DNA of 64,000 nucleotides from a virus. Below, in pieces: positions 48,173 through 57,594 of the stretch. Every line of letters starts with the position of its first letter. Position 1 is the first letter of the stretch. The stretch is taken from positions 11,719 to 75,718 of the IMG/VR virus record IMGVR_UViG_3300025141_012845; one strand, given 5' to 3'. The position numbers were made by a program, and so were the translations under genes. Under the pieces are notes generated by a model. That model saw nothing but the letters and a program-made list of their open reading frames with translations. It was not told the origin of the DNA and ran no database searches.

Positions 48173-49693
48173 TCAATCACCTAATGTTTTTCTTTTTAAC
48201 TTAATCTTAGTTGTGTTTTCCATATTTTCTCTTGCTTTTGAGCCAAATTTCGTCTCCAAAAGGGATAAATAATCTCTATTGGTATGATACTTCATCCACG
48301 CTTTATCTCGAAATTCAAGAATCTGAGATGCTTTAAGATTTTCATTTGATAAATTAAGAGTTTCATATGAGTGCTGGCTATATCCCTCATATCTGTTAGG
48401 TAAAGCGACACCGCTCTTCTTTGCATGTAGATGAAGGGGGCTGCCTGGATATGCCATTGCGCAATACATATTTGTCATCTCTGACAAATTGTCTAAAGCA
48501 AAATTTAACGTGTCATTCATAGATTCCATTGTGTCCATTGGTAGTCCAAAAATATAATTCGCACCGATATTGATACCGGCAGATCTCATTGTTTGAAGTA
48601 TATCATAGATCTTTACTTCTTTAAATCCATCTTTATGAATTTCTTTTCTTAAAGTTTGATTTGGGTTTTCAATTCCCAATCCAAGCCAGTTTACTCCAGC
48701 CTTTTTAAGCGCGTCTAAATACTTTGGCTTACAGGTGTCGATTCGAGAATATGCCCATATATTAAAATCATATCCTCTTTCCGCTATCATATCACATATC
48801 TTCATAAAGTGTCGAGGATTAAGAACAAACAATTCATCAGCAATCTTAATATTTTTTATATTGTTCTCGGCAAAATAATCAAACTGCTTTATGATAAAGT
48901 TGGGATCCCAATATCTGAAGATGTTACTGTCTTCGCTTGAAATATCCTCGCCAGAATCTGTTCTATTGATTATATTAATCATGCAGAATGAACAAGTAAA
49001 AGGGCACCCTAAACTTGTATAAAGTGCTGCAAAGGGAGCGTTGTCTGTATTGTTACTCCATGAATGCCAACCGGAGGTTCTATATTTTGAAAAGTCCGGT
49101 AATAAGTTCCATGCCATTCCTGGTAAGTCTTCTTGGAGTCTTGATCTGGGAACTATGCCTTCAGGCTCATTTAAGACTGCGTTTCCATCTTCGTCTTTAA
49201 ATCCCAGCCCTTTCACCTTTTTAAGAAGGCTCGAATCATCCAAGTTCTCTACACGCAACAAGTTACTAATCGTGTATACTCCCTCGTTTTGACAAACCAT
49301 ATCAATAGAAGGCTCTGTTAAGACTTCTTTTGGAACCGCCGCTACATGTGCGCCTACAAAGAGAATCTTAATTGTAGGATCTCGAAGTTTTACCATCTCC
49401 GCAGTCTCAACTGCTCCGCACATATTCTGACTTGATGCGCTTGGCTGTTGGCCATATACAACAAAGCAGACTATGCGGGCATTGTATTCTTCAATAACCT
49501 TAGCAGATTCTTCTGTTGTTAACTGTTCTGCTTCGCAATCTAAGATTCTTGGTTCGAATCCTCTAGTGACACAATGATTGGCAAGCATCGCTGCCCAAAT
49601 TGGAGGCTCAATAGCAGAATGATTTTTGCTTAACCCTTGATAGATCTTTTTTGATCCATTGGGATGTACAAAAAGCACATCTATTTGTCTCAT
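48173..49693 (-). CDS. Cobalamin-binding radical SAM enzyme (class B methyltransferase-like)
   Basis: N-terminal B12-binding domain (EPPIW, VGAH, GVYT); TSLGCPFTCSFC; GLGIE; IFGLP; YPGSPL. Confidence 0.88.
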   Translation of the reverse strand: MRQIDVLFVHPNGSKKIYQGLSKNHSAIEPPIWAAMLANHCVTRGFEPRILDCEAEQLTTEESAKVIEEYNARIVCFVVYGQQPSASSQNMCGAVETAEMVKLRDPTIKILFVGAHVAAVPKEVLTEPSIDMVCQNEGVYTISNLLRVENLDDSSLLKKVKGLGFKDEDGNAVLNEPEGIVPRSRLQEDLPGMAWNLLPDFSKYRTSGWHSWSNNTDNAPFAALYTSLGCPFTCSFCMINIINRTDSGEDISSEDSNIFRYWDPNFIIKQFDYFAENNIKNIKIADELFVLNPRHFMKICDMIAERGYDFNIWAYSRIDTCKPKYLDALKKAGVNWLGLGIENPNQTLRKEIHKDGFKEVKIYDILQTMRSAGINIGANYIFGLPMDTMESMNDTLNFALDNLSEMTNMYCAMAYPGSPLHLHAKKSGVALPNRYEGYSQHSYETLNLSNENLKASQILEFRDKAWMKYHTNRDYLSLLETKFGSKARENMENTTKIKLKRKTLGD

Positions 49694-49711
49694 TATAAAC
49701 CTCCAATAAAA

Positions 49712-50635
49712 TCAGTAGTTTGCATACCACGGCTCGTCAAGCATTTCATACACACTTACAAGCTGTTGTATTCCCTGATCTAAATCATATTGACATTCAA
49801 AGCCTTTATTGTAAAACTTCTCACTACTGACAACATAATCTCTAACATCTGGATCTTTCGTAAACTCAGCGCATAAGAGTTCTAGCGGTGTGTGTTCTGA
49901 GATCTTCCTTGCTAGGTCGTATTTGTTCATGTTTAAGGCGTCGTTTCCAACGTTATATGTCTCATTCTTACAATCATCCCAATTGTCCAATGCAAATCTA
50001 TACGCTCTGCAGACATCTTGAATATGCACGTAATTTCTCATAAATTCCTTTTCATATAAAACAAGGACGCGGTCTTTGACTGCCTTTAAAACAAAATTGT
50101 TCACAAGCAAATCAGTCCTCATTCTTGAGGAAGGTCCAAACACTGTTGCAAGTCTAAATGTAACATGATTTTCAATATTTTTAAATACTTTTTCTGCTTC
50201 AACTTTAGTTTCTCCATAAAGAGATACTGGATTTAAAGGAGACTCCTCTGTGCAGACTTCTCCCTTTGAAGTGCCATAGCCAGAGTTTGTGCAAGGATAT
50301 ATAACAAGTTGATCTTGTGATTTGTTCTCTGCGATAACCCTATTTGCTTTATAATTGATATTCCATGCTGCTTCAGGATCTCTCTTACACAAAGGAAACC
50401 CCACAAGCGCAGCCAATGGGATGATAGCATCAGATTTATTGACAAGTCTTAAAAGTTTGGGAGTTTCTCTAACGTCCCCTTTTACAAAATTAAAATTTGG
50501 ATGTCCCGCATATCTCAATAAAGATAAATTATCATACATCAAATTATCATAAACTGTTACTTTGTTATCCTTAACAAGATGATCGATAAGTTCACTGCCA
50601 ATATAGCCTGCGCCACCTGTAATTAATATATTCAT
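49712..50635 (-). CDS. NAD-dependent sugar epimerase/dehydratase (extended SDR)
   Basis: ITGGAGYIGS, LAALVG, YGETK (YxxxK), RLATVFG. Confidence 0.9.
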   Translation of the reverse strand: MNILITGGAGYIGSELIDHLVKDNKVTVYDNLMYDNLSLLRYAGHPNFNFVKGDVRETPKLLRLVNKSDAIIPLAALVGFPLCKRDPEAAWNINYKANRVIAENKSQDQLVIYPCTNSGYGTSKGEVCTEESPLNPVSLYGETKVEAEKVFKNIENHVTFRLATVFGPSSRMRTDLLVNNFVLKAVKDRVLVLYEKEFMRNYVHIQDVCRAYRFALDNWDDCKNETYNVGNDALNMNKYDLARKISEHTPLELLCAEFTKDPDVRDYVVSSEKFYNKGFECQYDLDQGIQQLVSVYEMLDEPWYANY

Positions 50636-50636
50636 T

Positions 50637-50936
50637 CTACCACTCCAATTTTCCAGTTAAAACATCTTTAAGCATCACCCAGTCGCACGCTTTTGCCCAC
50701 AATGGCCTTTTCCATGCTGCTGGCTTGTTCTTTTCAAAATACAGATGACCTGTCCATGCAAACGGATAAACCACAAAGGGCACTAATGGCAAAAGAAGCC
50801 AAGTTTGACTTAATAATGCATACAACAGCACTGTAACTGTTGCCAATTGCCCAACTACATGCAGTCTTCTGCATATCTTGTTTTGATGTAAAGTCAAATA
50901 ATGCTCATAATATTGTTTAAACGTAATGTTATTCAT
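50637..50936 (-). CDS. DUF962/Mpo1-like membrane protein
   Basis: YL..HQNKICRRLHVVG...FAWTGHLYFEKNKPA; likely start is ATG 50936 (MNNITF) rather than 51008. Confidence 0.8.
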   Translation of the reverse strand: MNNITFKQYYEHYLTLHQNKICRRLHVVGQLATVTVLLYALLSQTWLLLPLVPFVVYPFAWTGHLYFEKNKPAAWKRPLWAKACDWVMLKDVLTGKLEW

Positions 50937-51336
50937 CCCAGCTAATCTCCCAATCTTTGAATTCTGCTGCCAAGCAATCAATTTTATAATCTTTTCGTCC
51001 TCCAGCAACTTCTTGAATCTTATTCTTTGCAGTGTTGCGAATACCGTTCAATCCGTGTGTTAACTCAAGATCATTACCTTCTGCAATTCCTTTCCTATAA
51101 TTGGACTCATTGTGCCATATGTGAAGGTTCATTTGAGATAACACAACAATTGCTCTAATCACTTGTGCATCTATTTTAGCAGAATTTTCTTTTAATATTA
51201 AATTAATATCGTGAACAATGTCAGAAATCTCTTGTACATACTCAGATTTGTGCTCTGATATGAAAACTTCTTTCAATTGTGCTATCGATAATCTGTCTAC
51301 AAGTTCGGATAAGGTTGGTAAATATTTTCTTTTCAT
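50929..51336 (-). CDS. Helical hypothetical protein of glycan loci
   Basis: SELVDRLSIAQLK...LSQMNLHIWHNE...N..R...KNKI pattern; coupled within the operon. Confidence 0.6.
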   Translation of the reverse strand: MKRKYLPTLSELVDRLSIAQLKEVFISEHKSEYVQEISDIVHDINLILKENSAKIDAQVIRAIVVLSQMNLHIWHNESNYRKGIAEGNDLELTHGLNGIRNTAKNKIQEVAGGRKDYKIDCLAAEFKDWEISWDE

Positions 51337-52970
51337 TAGTTGCTCGCAATAAATTGATCAAAATATGGTTTATATTTTTGGAAGTTACTTCCGAAGAGGT
51401 GTGCATACTTGTAGAAGATTCTTGCTTCTTCTTTTCTTTGATCTAAATTGCGCTCCTGTTGAGAACGGCCTCCAGAAAGATATAACCCAACTGTGTCTTC
51501 TACCTTGTTAAAACTATACCCGGCAGAAACTGCTCTCAACCACATATCCCAATCATCAGCAAAATTACATTCCTCATTATCAAAAAAACCACAAGCATCA
51601 TGTATCTCCCTCTTCCACAGGGGCATTGGACCCGGCAAACATTTGATCATGTTTTCTCTTGAAAATGGATGTGTCGAGTGATCAAATACTTTACCGTCTG
51701 AGGTATTGTTATTATACGTTTCATTTGGATTGTCAGTCAGCAAAACTTCTCCATAAACTAAACCTACATCGCTCTTCTCAATATCATCAAGAAGAATCTC
51801 TAAACAATCGTTACGTCTTCTATCATCAATGAATCCAAAAGTTAGATATTTTGCACTTGCCATTTGAATGCCAATGTTTATGCCCTCTGTTGGAAGCGCT
51901 CTATAATCTAGTCGATGATATACAATGTTATCATACTTCTCCATGTATTTTTCAACTATTTCTTTTTCTTTTCCTGGTGAATCTGCATCGACAAAGATCA
52001 ATTCACATTTGTCAAAAATAGTTTGGCTTGTTATGTCTTCTAAGAAGCCTTCTAGGAACTCCTCTCCCTTATAAAAGGTGCTTAATATCGATATCGAATA
52101 TTCAGTTTCTTCTTTGGATTTCTCAGAGCTTCTTATAATTCCTTCAACCAACTTTCCAACTTCCTCTCTCTTCTCCGTCATGTAGTCGATCAACTCTTCA
52201 CCTTTTAGACTGAACCAGGGCTCCTGTGTTGCTCCAATTAAGTTGTTTGCCACAACTGACATACCCATCATTCTAGCCTCGACAACAACTCTTGATAGAG
52301 TTTCTGGTGTCTGTGGGAAGAACACGAACGTTTTGTTTGCACCCAATTTCTCTAGGAACGAAAAATAAGAACTATCTGAGACCAAGTCATACTCATACCC
52401 CTTGTGTTCGCAATAAGCGACTGTTCTGGAGGTGTTTTTATGAGATATATTAGAATTTAAAACTGAATACTTGTCAGCCTTTTCGTTCTTCGAAAGATCT
52501 CGTAACTTTTCTAAAACTCTTTTAGACCACAAGTTCCCACCAACGCTCGATATATTGTCGAGACCTAAATTAGATTCCGCTATACCTTTGTGAAAATTAG
52601 ATTGGCATATGACCGCTTTAGCATTTTTATAAAAATTATAATTCAGAAGACTGCTTTTTGAAGCAATAAAATTATTATAGTCTGCTGGGTTTCTAGTGAG
52701 AAGATATTTGTGATCATGCTCATAAATTAAATATTGCAGCTCATCCGCTAAATAATTTTTGCACTCTTGACTTAGATTGCAAAAGTTCGAGACAATATAA
52801 AAATTATCCTTCTTCTCCTTTAAAAACTCAACAGTAACAAACTGAGACTGGACCTTGCCTAATTGAAAACCCTTTTGATTTAAAATTTGAAGAAGCTCGT
52901 CGTCGTTAAGTTCTCCACCTCCAAGAATTTGATCAGAAAAATAATCTGAAATTAAGCAGACCTTACTCAT
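51336..52970 (-). CDS. Bifunctional glycosyltransferase (GT-B N-terminus plus GT2 C-terminus)
   Basis: GGGE and ETLSRVVVEARMMG (GT-B); ISILST...QT.F...ELIFVD, NIGI..A, IDD, ADDWDMWLR (GT2). Confidence 0.85.
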   Translation of the reverse strand: MSKVCLISDYFSDQILGGGELNDDELLQILNQKGFQLGKVQSQFVTVEFLKEKKDNFYIVSNFCNLSQECKNYLADELQYLIYEHDHKYLLTRNPADYNNFIASKSSLLNYNFYKNAKAVICQSNFHKGIAESNLGLDNISSVGGNLWSKRVLEKLRDLSKNEKADKYSVLNSNISHKNTSRTVAYCEHKGYEYDLVSDSSYFSFLEKLGANKTFVFFPQTPETLSRVVVEARMMGMSVVANNLIGATQEPWFSLKGEELIDYMTEKREEVGKLVEGIIRSSEKSKEETEYSISILSTFYKGEEFLEGFLEDITSQTIFDKCELIFVDADSPGKEKEIVEKYMEKYDNIVYHRLDYRALPTEGINIGIQMASAKYLTFGFIDDRRRNDCLEILLDDIEKSDVGLVYGEVLLTDNPNETYNNNTSDGKVFDHSTHPFSRENMIKCLPGPMPLWKREIHDACGFFDNEECNFADDWDMWLRAVSAGYSFNKVEDTVGLYLSGGRSQQERNLDQRKEEARIFYKYAHLFGSNFQKYKPYFDQFIASN

Positions 52971-54225
52971 ATTGCTGAACTATATCCTCTATCTCGTTCA
53001 TCCAAGAATTGTCTTGCTGACAATAAACGTCAAAAACTTTACAGAACTTTTCGTATTGCTTTTCCTGCTCAAAGTCTAACTCAATCCACTTTTTCAAACG
53101 CTTTGCCTTGTCTTTATAAACTTTATATTTGCTATAGACATGTCGTAAAGTCTTCATATAACTTGATTTTTTAGGATAACACCAGTTAGATTCGGCTATT
53201 AAGACTTTTCCATACTTTCCAAGGTCCCAAGCGGCTTCAGGTTGTACCTGTTGAATATCGTAATCAACATCCGCAAACATAGGCTTCATAGCACCCTTAT
53301 CGTTTGGAGCATATAGAAAGTCTACCTGACCACTCCAAGCGGGAGAAATCACTGGTAATTCATTATAAACTGCTTCAAAAATTGGAAGTCCGAACCCTTC
53401 GCCATGAGCCAGAGTTATAAGAGATTTTATCTTTTTGTATTGATATAGATACGTCATTTGCTCATCCGTAAGATCTCCATGCAACAAGTAAACTTGGCAT
53501 TTTTTGTCCGGATAATTGCTCAACAGATCTTGAATTTTCTGCTTAGTTAAATTTCTATCTAATATAGAGTTGTTTCTAGTATTTAATTTTAGAATTAAAC
53601 CTACATTTTCTTTTTTAAATTCCTCAACAAAGCCAGTTATTAACTGCTCGACGTTTTTTCTAATACTCCACTGAGCGACTGCCAAGAAATTAAACTGTGT
53701 TGTAAGGTCAAGCTCTACAGGATCAGGGTCATAATATTTTACAGGATAGCCCACAACCTCTATTGGGGTGTCACAAACAAGTTTGCCTGGGACCTCATTC
53801 CCTTCTCGATCAGACATTGTATATCCCGTTTCCTGAAACCCTTGCTTGGCAAATGTTGATGTAACGATAATCTTGTCCATCTCGTTCCCCTTCATAAGCC
53901 ACTCAGGTGCAACACGATCTGTCTCTATACCCGCTGTATACCCTATATTAATCGGAGCCAACTTTTGCCATTCATTTGGTATTGTAACTTGCAGAGACAC
54001 ATCGTATGGTCCATCATAATTTACAGTCTTTTCAATAAGGGTGTCTATCCATTTTCTTTCTTCGTTATCTTCCCATGACCAACCTGTTTGTCCCCAAGAA
54101 ACATTCAATAGATAGATGTCAAATCTGTCTTCTCTGCTTCTAAGTGATCTTAATGCAAATCTTGATTGTTCTCCATAACCAGATCTACTCAATACAGGTG
54201 CTCTTACTAAAATCTTTGTTTTCAT
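52963..54225 (-). CDS. GT4-like (GT-B) glycosyltransferase
   Basis: SGYG, RKNVEQLI..F, HGEGFGLPIFEA...LPVI. Confidence 0.88.
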   Translation of the reverse strand: MKTKILVRAPVLSRSGYGEQSRFALRSLRSREDRFDIYLLNVSWGQTGWSWEDNEERKWIDTLIEKTVNYDGPYDVSLQVTIPNEWQKLAPINIGYTAGIETDRVAPEWLMKGNEMDKIIVTSTFAKQGFQETGYTMSDREGNEVPGKLVCDTPIEVVGYPVKYYDPDPVELDLTTQFNFLAVAQWSIRKNVEQLITGFVEEFKKENVGLILKLNTRNNSILDRNLTKQKIQDLLSNYPDKKCQVYLLHGDLTDEQMTYLYQYKKIKSLITLAHGEGFGLPIFEAVYNELPVISPAWSGQVDFLYAPNDKGAMKPMFADVDYDIQQVQPEAAWDLGKYGKVLIAESNWCYPKKSSYMKTLRHVYSKYKVYKDKAKRLKKWIELDFEQEKQYEKFCKVFDVYCQQDNSWMNEIEDIVQQYE

Positions 54226-55484
54226 TATAATGCTATCAACTCCCAGTTATTATAACCCTTTCTATTTTCCCAAGATCCACACGTCTCATATATATTTGTC
54301 ATCAAGGCGTCCCACCTTTCGGTGTACTTTTCAAGGTTATATTCTTTTAAAACATACTCTCTTCCTGCCTTACCCAGTGCTTCTCTTTCTTCCGAAGACA
54401 TGTTTACAAACTTTCTTAGGGCATTTAAAAAGTCTTCTCGATTGATTCTGTCTTCGTATATATAAGGAACATCTTGAGAACCAATTACGGCTTTAGAACT
54501 TGGCTCAATTCCAATTCCAAACCACTTCTCTCCATCAGTAACTTGCTGTTGTAATCCACCAGTCATACTAACAATAACCGGAGTTTCACAAGATAAAGAT
54601 TCAAGAGTCGCTAATCCAAAACCTTCTGCGTCAGCAACGTTAATTGTGCAATCAGCCATGTTATATAAAAGTGCTAACATTTCTGCTGGATATTTCCCCG
54701 CTGAAAATAGAACCTGATTTCTGTCTAGGCCAAGCTCTTTAACTACATGCTCCAAGTTTGGCCCGTGTACATCTCTAGGATCCGTATGCATCAACAGCAT
54801 TGCTTTATCGTGACCTACTTCATCTAAAAACTCTTTAAACCACCAAAGCACGCTTCCGCTCATCTTTCGTCGAGCATTTCTATTATTCCAGAAGAAAACA
54901 ACCTTGTCTTTACCTATTTGAGAAAGGTTTTGTTTTCTAAACTCTTCAACTACTTCTGGCGTGGCCTTTTTAAAAATATTTGTATCTACAGCATGTGGAA
55001 CGTATTGTTTCCTGACCTCTGGAGCCACTATACCTACGACTTCATCTGTTACTTTAGAAATCGTTGCTATGACATCGTTTGATAGATAAAATGGTCTGTT
55101 AAACTGAGGTGGTGGAAAGTTATCCCAGACGTGATAATAAACCATTGGAATTAGCGGCCTTATCTCATGTTCAATCTCCCAAAGCCAAACATAGAATCGA
55201 GGATCTGTCATAAACCATAACATATCAGGCTTGTGTGTTCTAATCACAGATCTTACCTGGTCTTGACTACCATATCCATCAACAGGGTATATTACCCAGT
55301 CGTCTTTGTATTGATCTGTTTTTTGAGGGGTATGATCTGGATGCCCTACTGCTCCTCCAAAACTAATAACCTGATACTTCCCAGTATTCAATAGCCCTTC
55401 TATAATGTATCTTGATTGAGTACCTACTCCAGAAGGTGAGAGCGGGTGATCCCCAATGGTAAAAATCTTTATCTTCTTTTCCAA
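54225..55484 (-). CDS. GT4-like (GT-B) glycosyltransferase
   Basis: PSGVG, VPHAVD, RNARRK, AEGFGLATLESLSCETPVIVS.TGG. Confidence 0.9.
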   Translation of the reverse strand: MEKKIKIFTIGDHPLSPSGVGTQSRYIIEGLLNTGKYQVISFGGAVGHPDHTPQKTDQYKDDWVIYPVDGYGSQDQVRSVIRTHKPDMLWFMTDPRFYVWLWEIEHEIRPLIPMVYYHVWDNFPPPQFNRPFYLSNDVIATISKVTDEVVGIVAPEVRKQYVPHAVDTNIFKKATPEVVEEFRKQNLSQIGKDKVVFFWNNRNARRKMSGSVLWWFKEFLDEVGHDKAMLLMHTDPRDVHGPNLEHVVKELGLDRNQVLFSAGKYPAEMLALLYNMADCTINVADAEGFGLATLESLSCETPVIVSMTGGLQQQVTDGEKWFGIGIEPSSKAVIGSQDVPYIYEDRINREDFLNALRKFVNMSSEEREALGKAGREYVLKEYNLEKYTERWDALMTNIYETCGSWENRKGYNNWELIAL

Positions 55485-55497
55485 CTATTTTCTCCAC

Positions 55498-56274
55498 TTA
55501 TACACAATGTTGTGTCTTATAAAATTCGCAATTATCACAGGACATCCTGTTTTTTAGATAATTCTCTTTCTTGATATTATACAGTGCGCTTTTTAATAAG
55601 TTAAGGGCATTTTCTATTCTTTTTTTCCCACTGGTGACTTTAAAGATTTCAATGTTGTTTTTCTTCGCTGTTCTTTTCAGAAGAGCAAAATGAGTCTCTA
55701 CATTGCTTGGATCTAAACCGTGCTTGTAAGCGTAATAATGCTTGTAAAAGGCTAGTTGGTATGTTGTCATTGGATCAGCCTTTCTTCTTGCGTTCCAGCC
55801 CCAAGAACACGTTTTCCAGTCGATTACGTGGTACTTTCCATCACTTGTCTTAAGAACTAAGTCAATATATCCCTTAAAAGAGTGATCTTTGCTAATATAT
55901 TCTTCAATATCTTCCATAAGAGGCTCTTCAACAGAAATAACCTCATAATCTCCGAAGTATTCTTTGAGAGAGGATTCGATATGAGGAATGATCTTCCTCG
56001 CTTGAACCCTCATCTTTTTAATAAGACCAATGTCAAGATCACTATCTCTTTCAAGTTCTTTCAATATTGTTTGAAAAACCTTATCAAAATGTTCTTCAGC
56101 ATTAAAATTTGGTGGTGTATCAACGCACTTGTGCTCGCAAACACTATGAAGTGCATTCCCAAAAGCAGTAAATTCATTACCTTTGAAGCCTTTTAATTTA
56201 TCGATGTGAACAAGTTTATGGTAGTACGGGCACTTCTGCCAGTTTTTAAGTTCCGAAAAGGAAATATGACTCAT
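55498..56274 (-). CDS. PD-(D/E)XK exonuclease, Cas4/RecB-like with Fe-S cysteines
   Basis: SFSEL..W.KCP, GNALH, E...GYIDLV...IDWKT, QLAFY, CDNCEF....C. Confidence 0.88.
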   Translation of the reverse strand: MSHISFSELKNWQKCPYYHKLVHIDKLKGFKGNEFTAFGNALHSVCEHKCVDTPPNFNAEEHFDKVFQTILKELERDSDLDIGLIKKMRVQARKIIPHIESSLKEYFGDYEVISVEEPLMEDIEEYISKDHSFKGYIDLVLKTSDGKYHVIDWKTCSWGWNARRKADPMTTYQLAFYKHYYAYKHGLDPSNVETHFALLKRTAKKNNIEIFKVTSGKKRIENALNLLKSALYNIKKENYLKNRMSCDNCEFYKTQHCV

Positions 56275-56276
56275 TG

Positions 56277-56618
56277 TTAACTCTGTGTTGTTGTCTTCTT
56301 TTTGGTTGTTGTTTTTTTCTTAGGTGTTGGCTTCTTGGCTGCTGGTTTCTTCTTCTCCACTTCTACGGCTTCAAAGATCCAAGTGCCTGTACTGTTTTCT
56401 TCAGTATCATTCGCAACATAGGCAGACTGTAGGATCTTGCCTACTCCGTGCCCCTTTGCGTTAATCATAGGGATCACTCTGTCTGTTTTATAAAATGTAA
56501 AGTTTGGATTTACCTCATAAGGCTCGTGAATCCCTCTAGGATACAACCTTTCCCCATCGACAGGTACGGTTAGCGTGTAATAAAGTTTATCGTCTTTAAT
56601 TTCTATATCTTCTTTCAT
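56277..56618 (-). CDS. Hypothetical protein with a Lys/Thr-rich tail
   Basis: C-terminus KKKPAAKKPTPKKKTTTKKKTTTQS. Confidence 0.6.
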   Translation of the reverse strand: MKEDIEIKDDKLYYTLTVPVDGERLYPRGIHEPYEVNPNFTFYKTDRVIPMINAKGHGVGKILQSAYVANDTEENSTGTWIFEAVEVEKKKPAAKKPTPKKKTTTKKKTTTQS

Positions 56619-57301
56619 GTTAATTTTATCTCCAATTCTTCAATTTTATTATATAACACAGGGCTAATCTTTGCAAGATAGGCTCTATCTTTTATGTAAT
56701 AATTCTCAAAGCCTCTCGCCCAATATTCTCTCAAACTAGTCATCGCATAAGGTGAGATGAATATTCCCATTGTTAAGGTCATTAACATTGGGTATCCGAC
56801 TATTTGATACAAAAAAGCATCAAAATCTTCATCGAATTCAGTATCGAGAAAATACCTTGCAGGTATATTATAACCTTCTGAAGTTAAAATGTCAAACATT
56901 TTTGTTCTTTTTCTTAAAAATTCTTGTTCGACCAATCCATCTCCATAAATCTCAGCACCTGCAAATGTCTCTACAGAGTGCGCCAATTCGTGAACTATAT
57001 CATCAACCATATCTGCTTCGTCATCTTGTTCGTTTATTATATAAATTGTGCCATCCTTAAACATCGCATTGGTGCCCATTCTTTCAAATTCTGGCATATT
57101 GCCAACTACAATCATTTCTAAGTTATAAGCCATTGATCTGGGTACTGATTCTTCTACTGTTTTTAAAACGTTTATTATATCCACCCCATTTGTGATGGGC
57201 TCTTTCACATAAACAGGGACATTGCCAAACAAGAAGAAATATCTCTTTCTTTTCTGTGCTCTTGATGAAGATTCTCTTATATAATCTCGAAGTTTAGTCA
57301 T
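56615..57301 (-). CDS. Putative zinc metallopeptidase
   Basis: IVHELAHSVE (HExxH) with downstream Y.....REYWARGF; likely start ATG 57301 (MTKLRDYIRE). Confidence 0.6.
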   Translation of the reverse strand: MTKLRDYIRESSSRAQKRKRYFFLFGNVPVYVKEPITNGVDIINVLKTVEESVPRSMAYNLEMIVVGNMPEFERMGTNAMFKDGTIYIINEQDDEADMVDDIVHELAHSVETFAGAEIYGDGLVEQEFLRKRTKMFDILTSEGYNIPARYFLDTEFDEDFDAFLYQIVGYPMLMTLTMGIFISPYAMTSLREYWARGFENYYIKDRAYLAKISPVLYNKIEELEIKLT

Positions 57302-57584
57302 TAGTTGTTTCTTGTTGAGATTCGAAAATTGCTTTTCCAACTTCAACATCAGTAAGGGCCTGTTCATATCCTCTGATGAAATTCTCTTCTGCTACGACAA
57401 GTAAAAATTCAGGAAACTCTTTTGCTAATGTTTCAACAATCATCTCTACAGTAACCTCTTCACTATCAGGGTTAGTTTGCTTGCCTACATAATCCACCAG
57501 CCATTCTTTGAGTTCCGAATCCTTGCTTACTACTTCTTTAAGATCGGGATTTACGATTTCCTCGTCTTTAAATTCAATTTCCAT
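57294..57584 (-). CDS. Conserved acidic hypothetical protein
   Basis: 96 aa; EFPEFLLVVAEENFIRGYEQAL; GAGG ribosome-binding site. Confidence 0.65.
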   Translation of the reverse strand: MEIEFKDEEIVNPDLKEVVSKDSELKEWLVDYVGKQTNPDSEEVTVEMIVETLAKEFPEFLLVVAEENFIRGYEQALTDVEVGKAIFESQQETTND

Positions 57585-57594
57585 TTTTTATACC

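Noticed and set aside
36476-55484. Island as bacterial chromosomal LPS/capsule DNA (prophage edge or chimeric assembly)
   Set aside because: It is co-oriented and tightly packed with phage genes on both sides, and lacks export or polymerase genes, an integrase and att-like junctions.
55498-56274. Cas4-like gene as evidence of a CRISPR-Cas system
   Set aside because: Solo Cas4/RecB-like nucleases are common in phages, and there is no array or other cas gene in the window.
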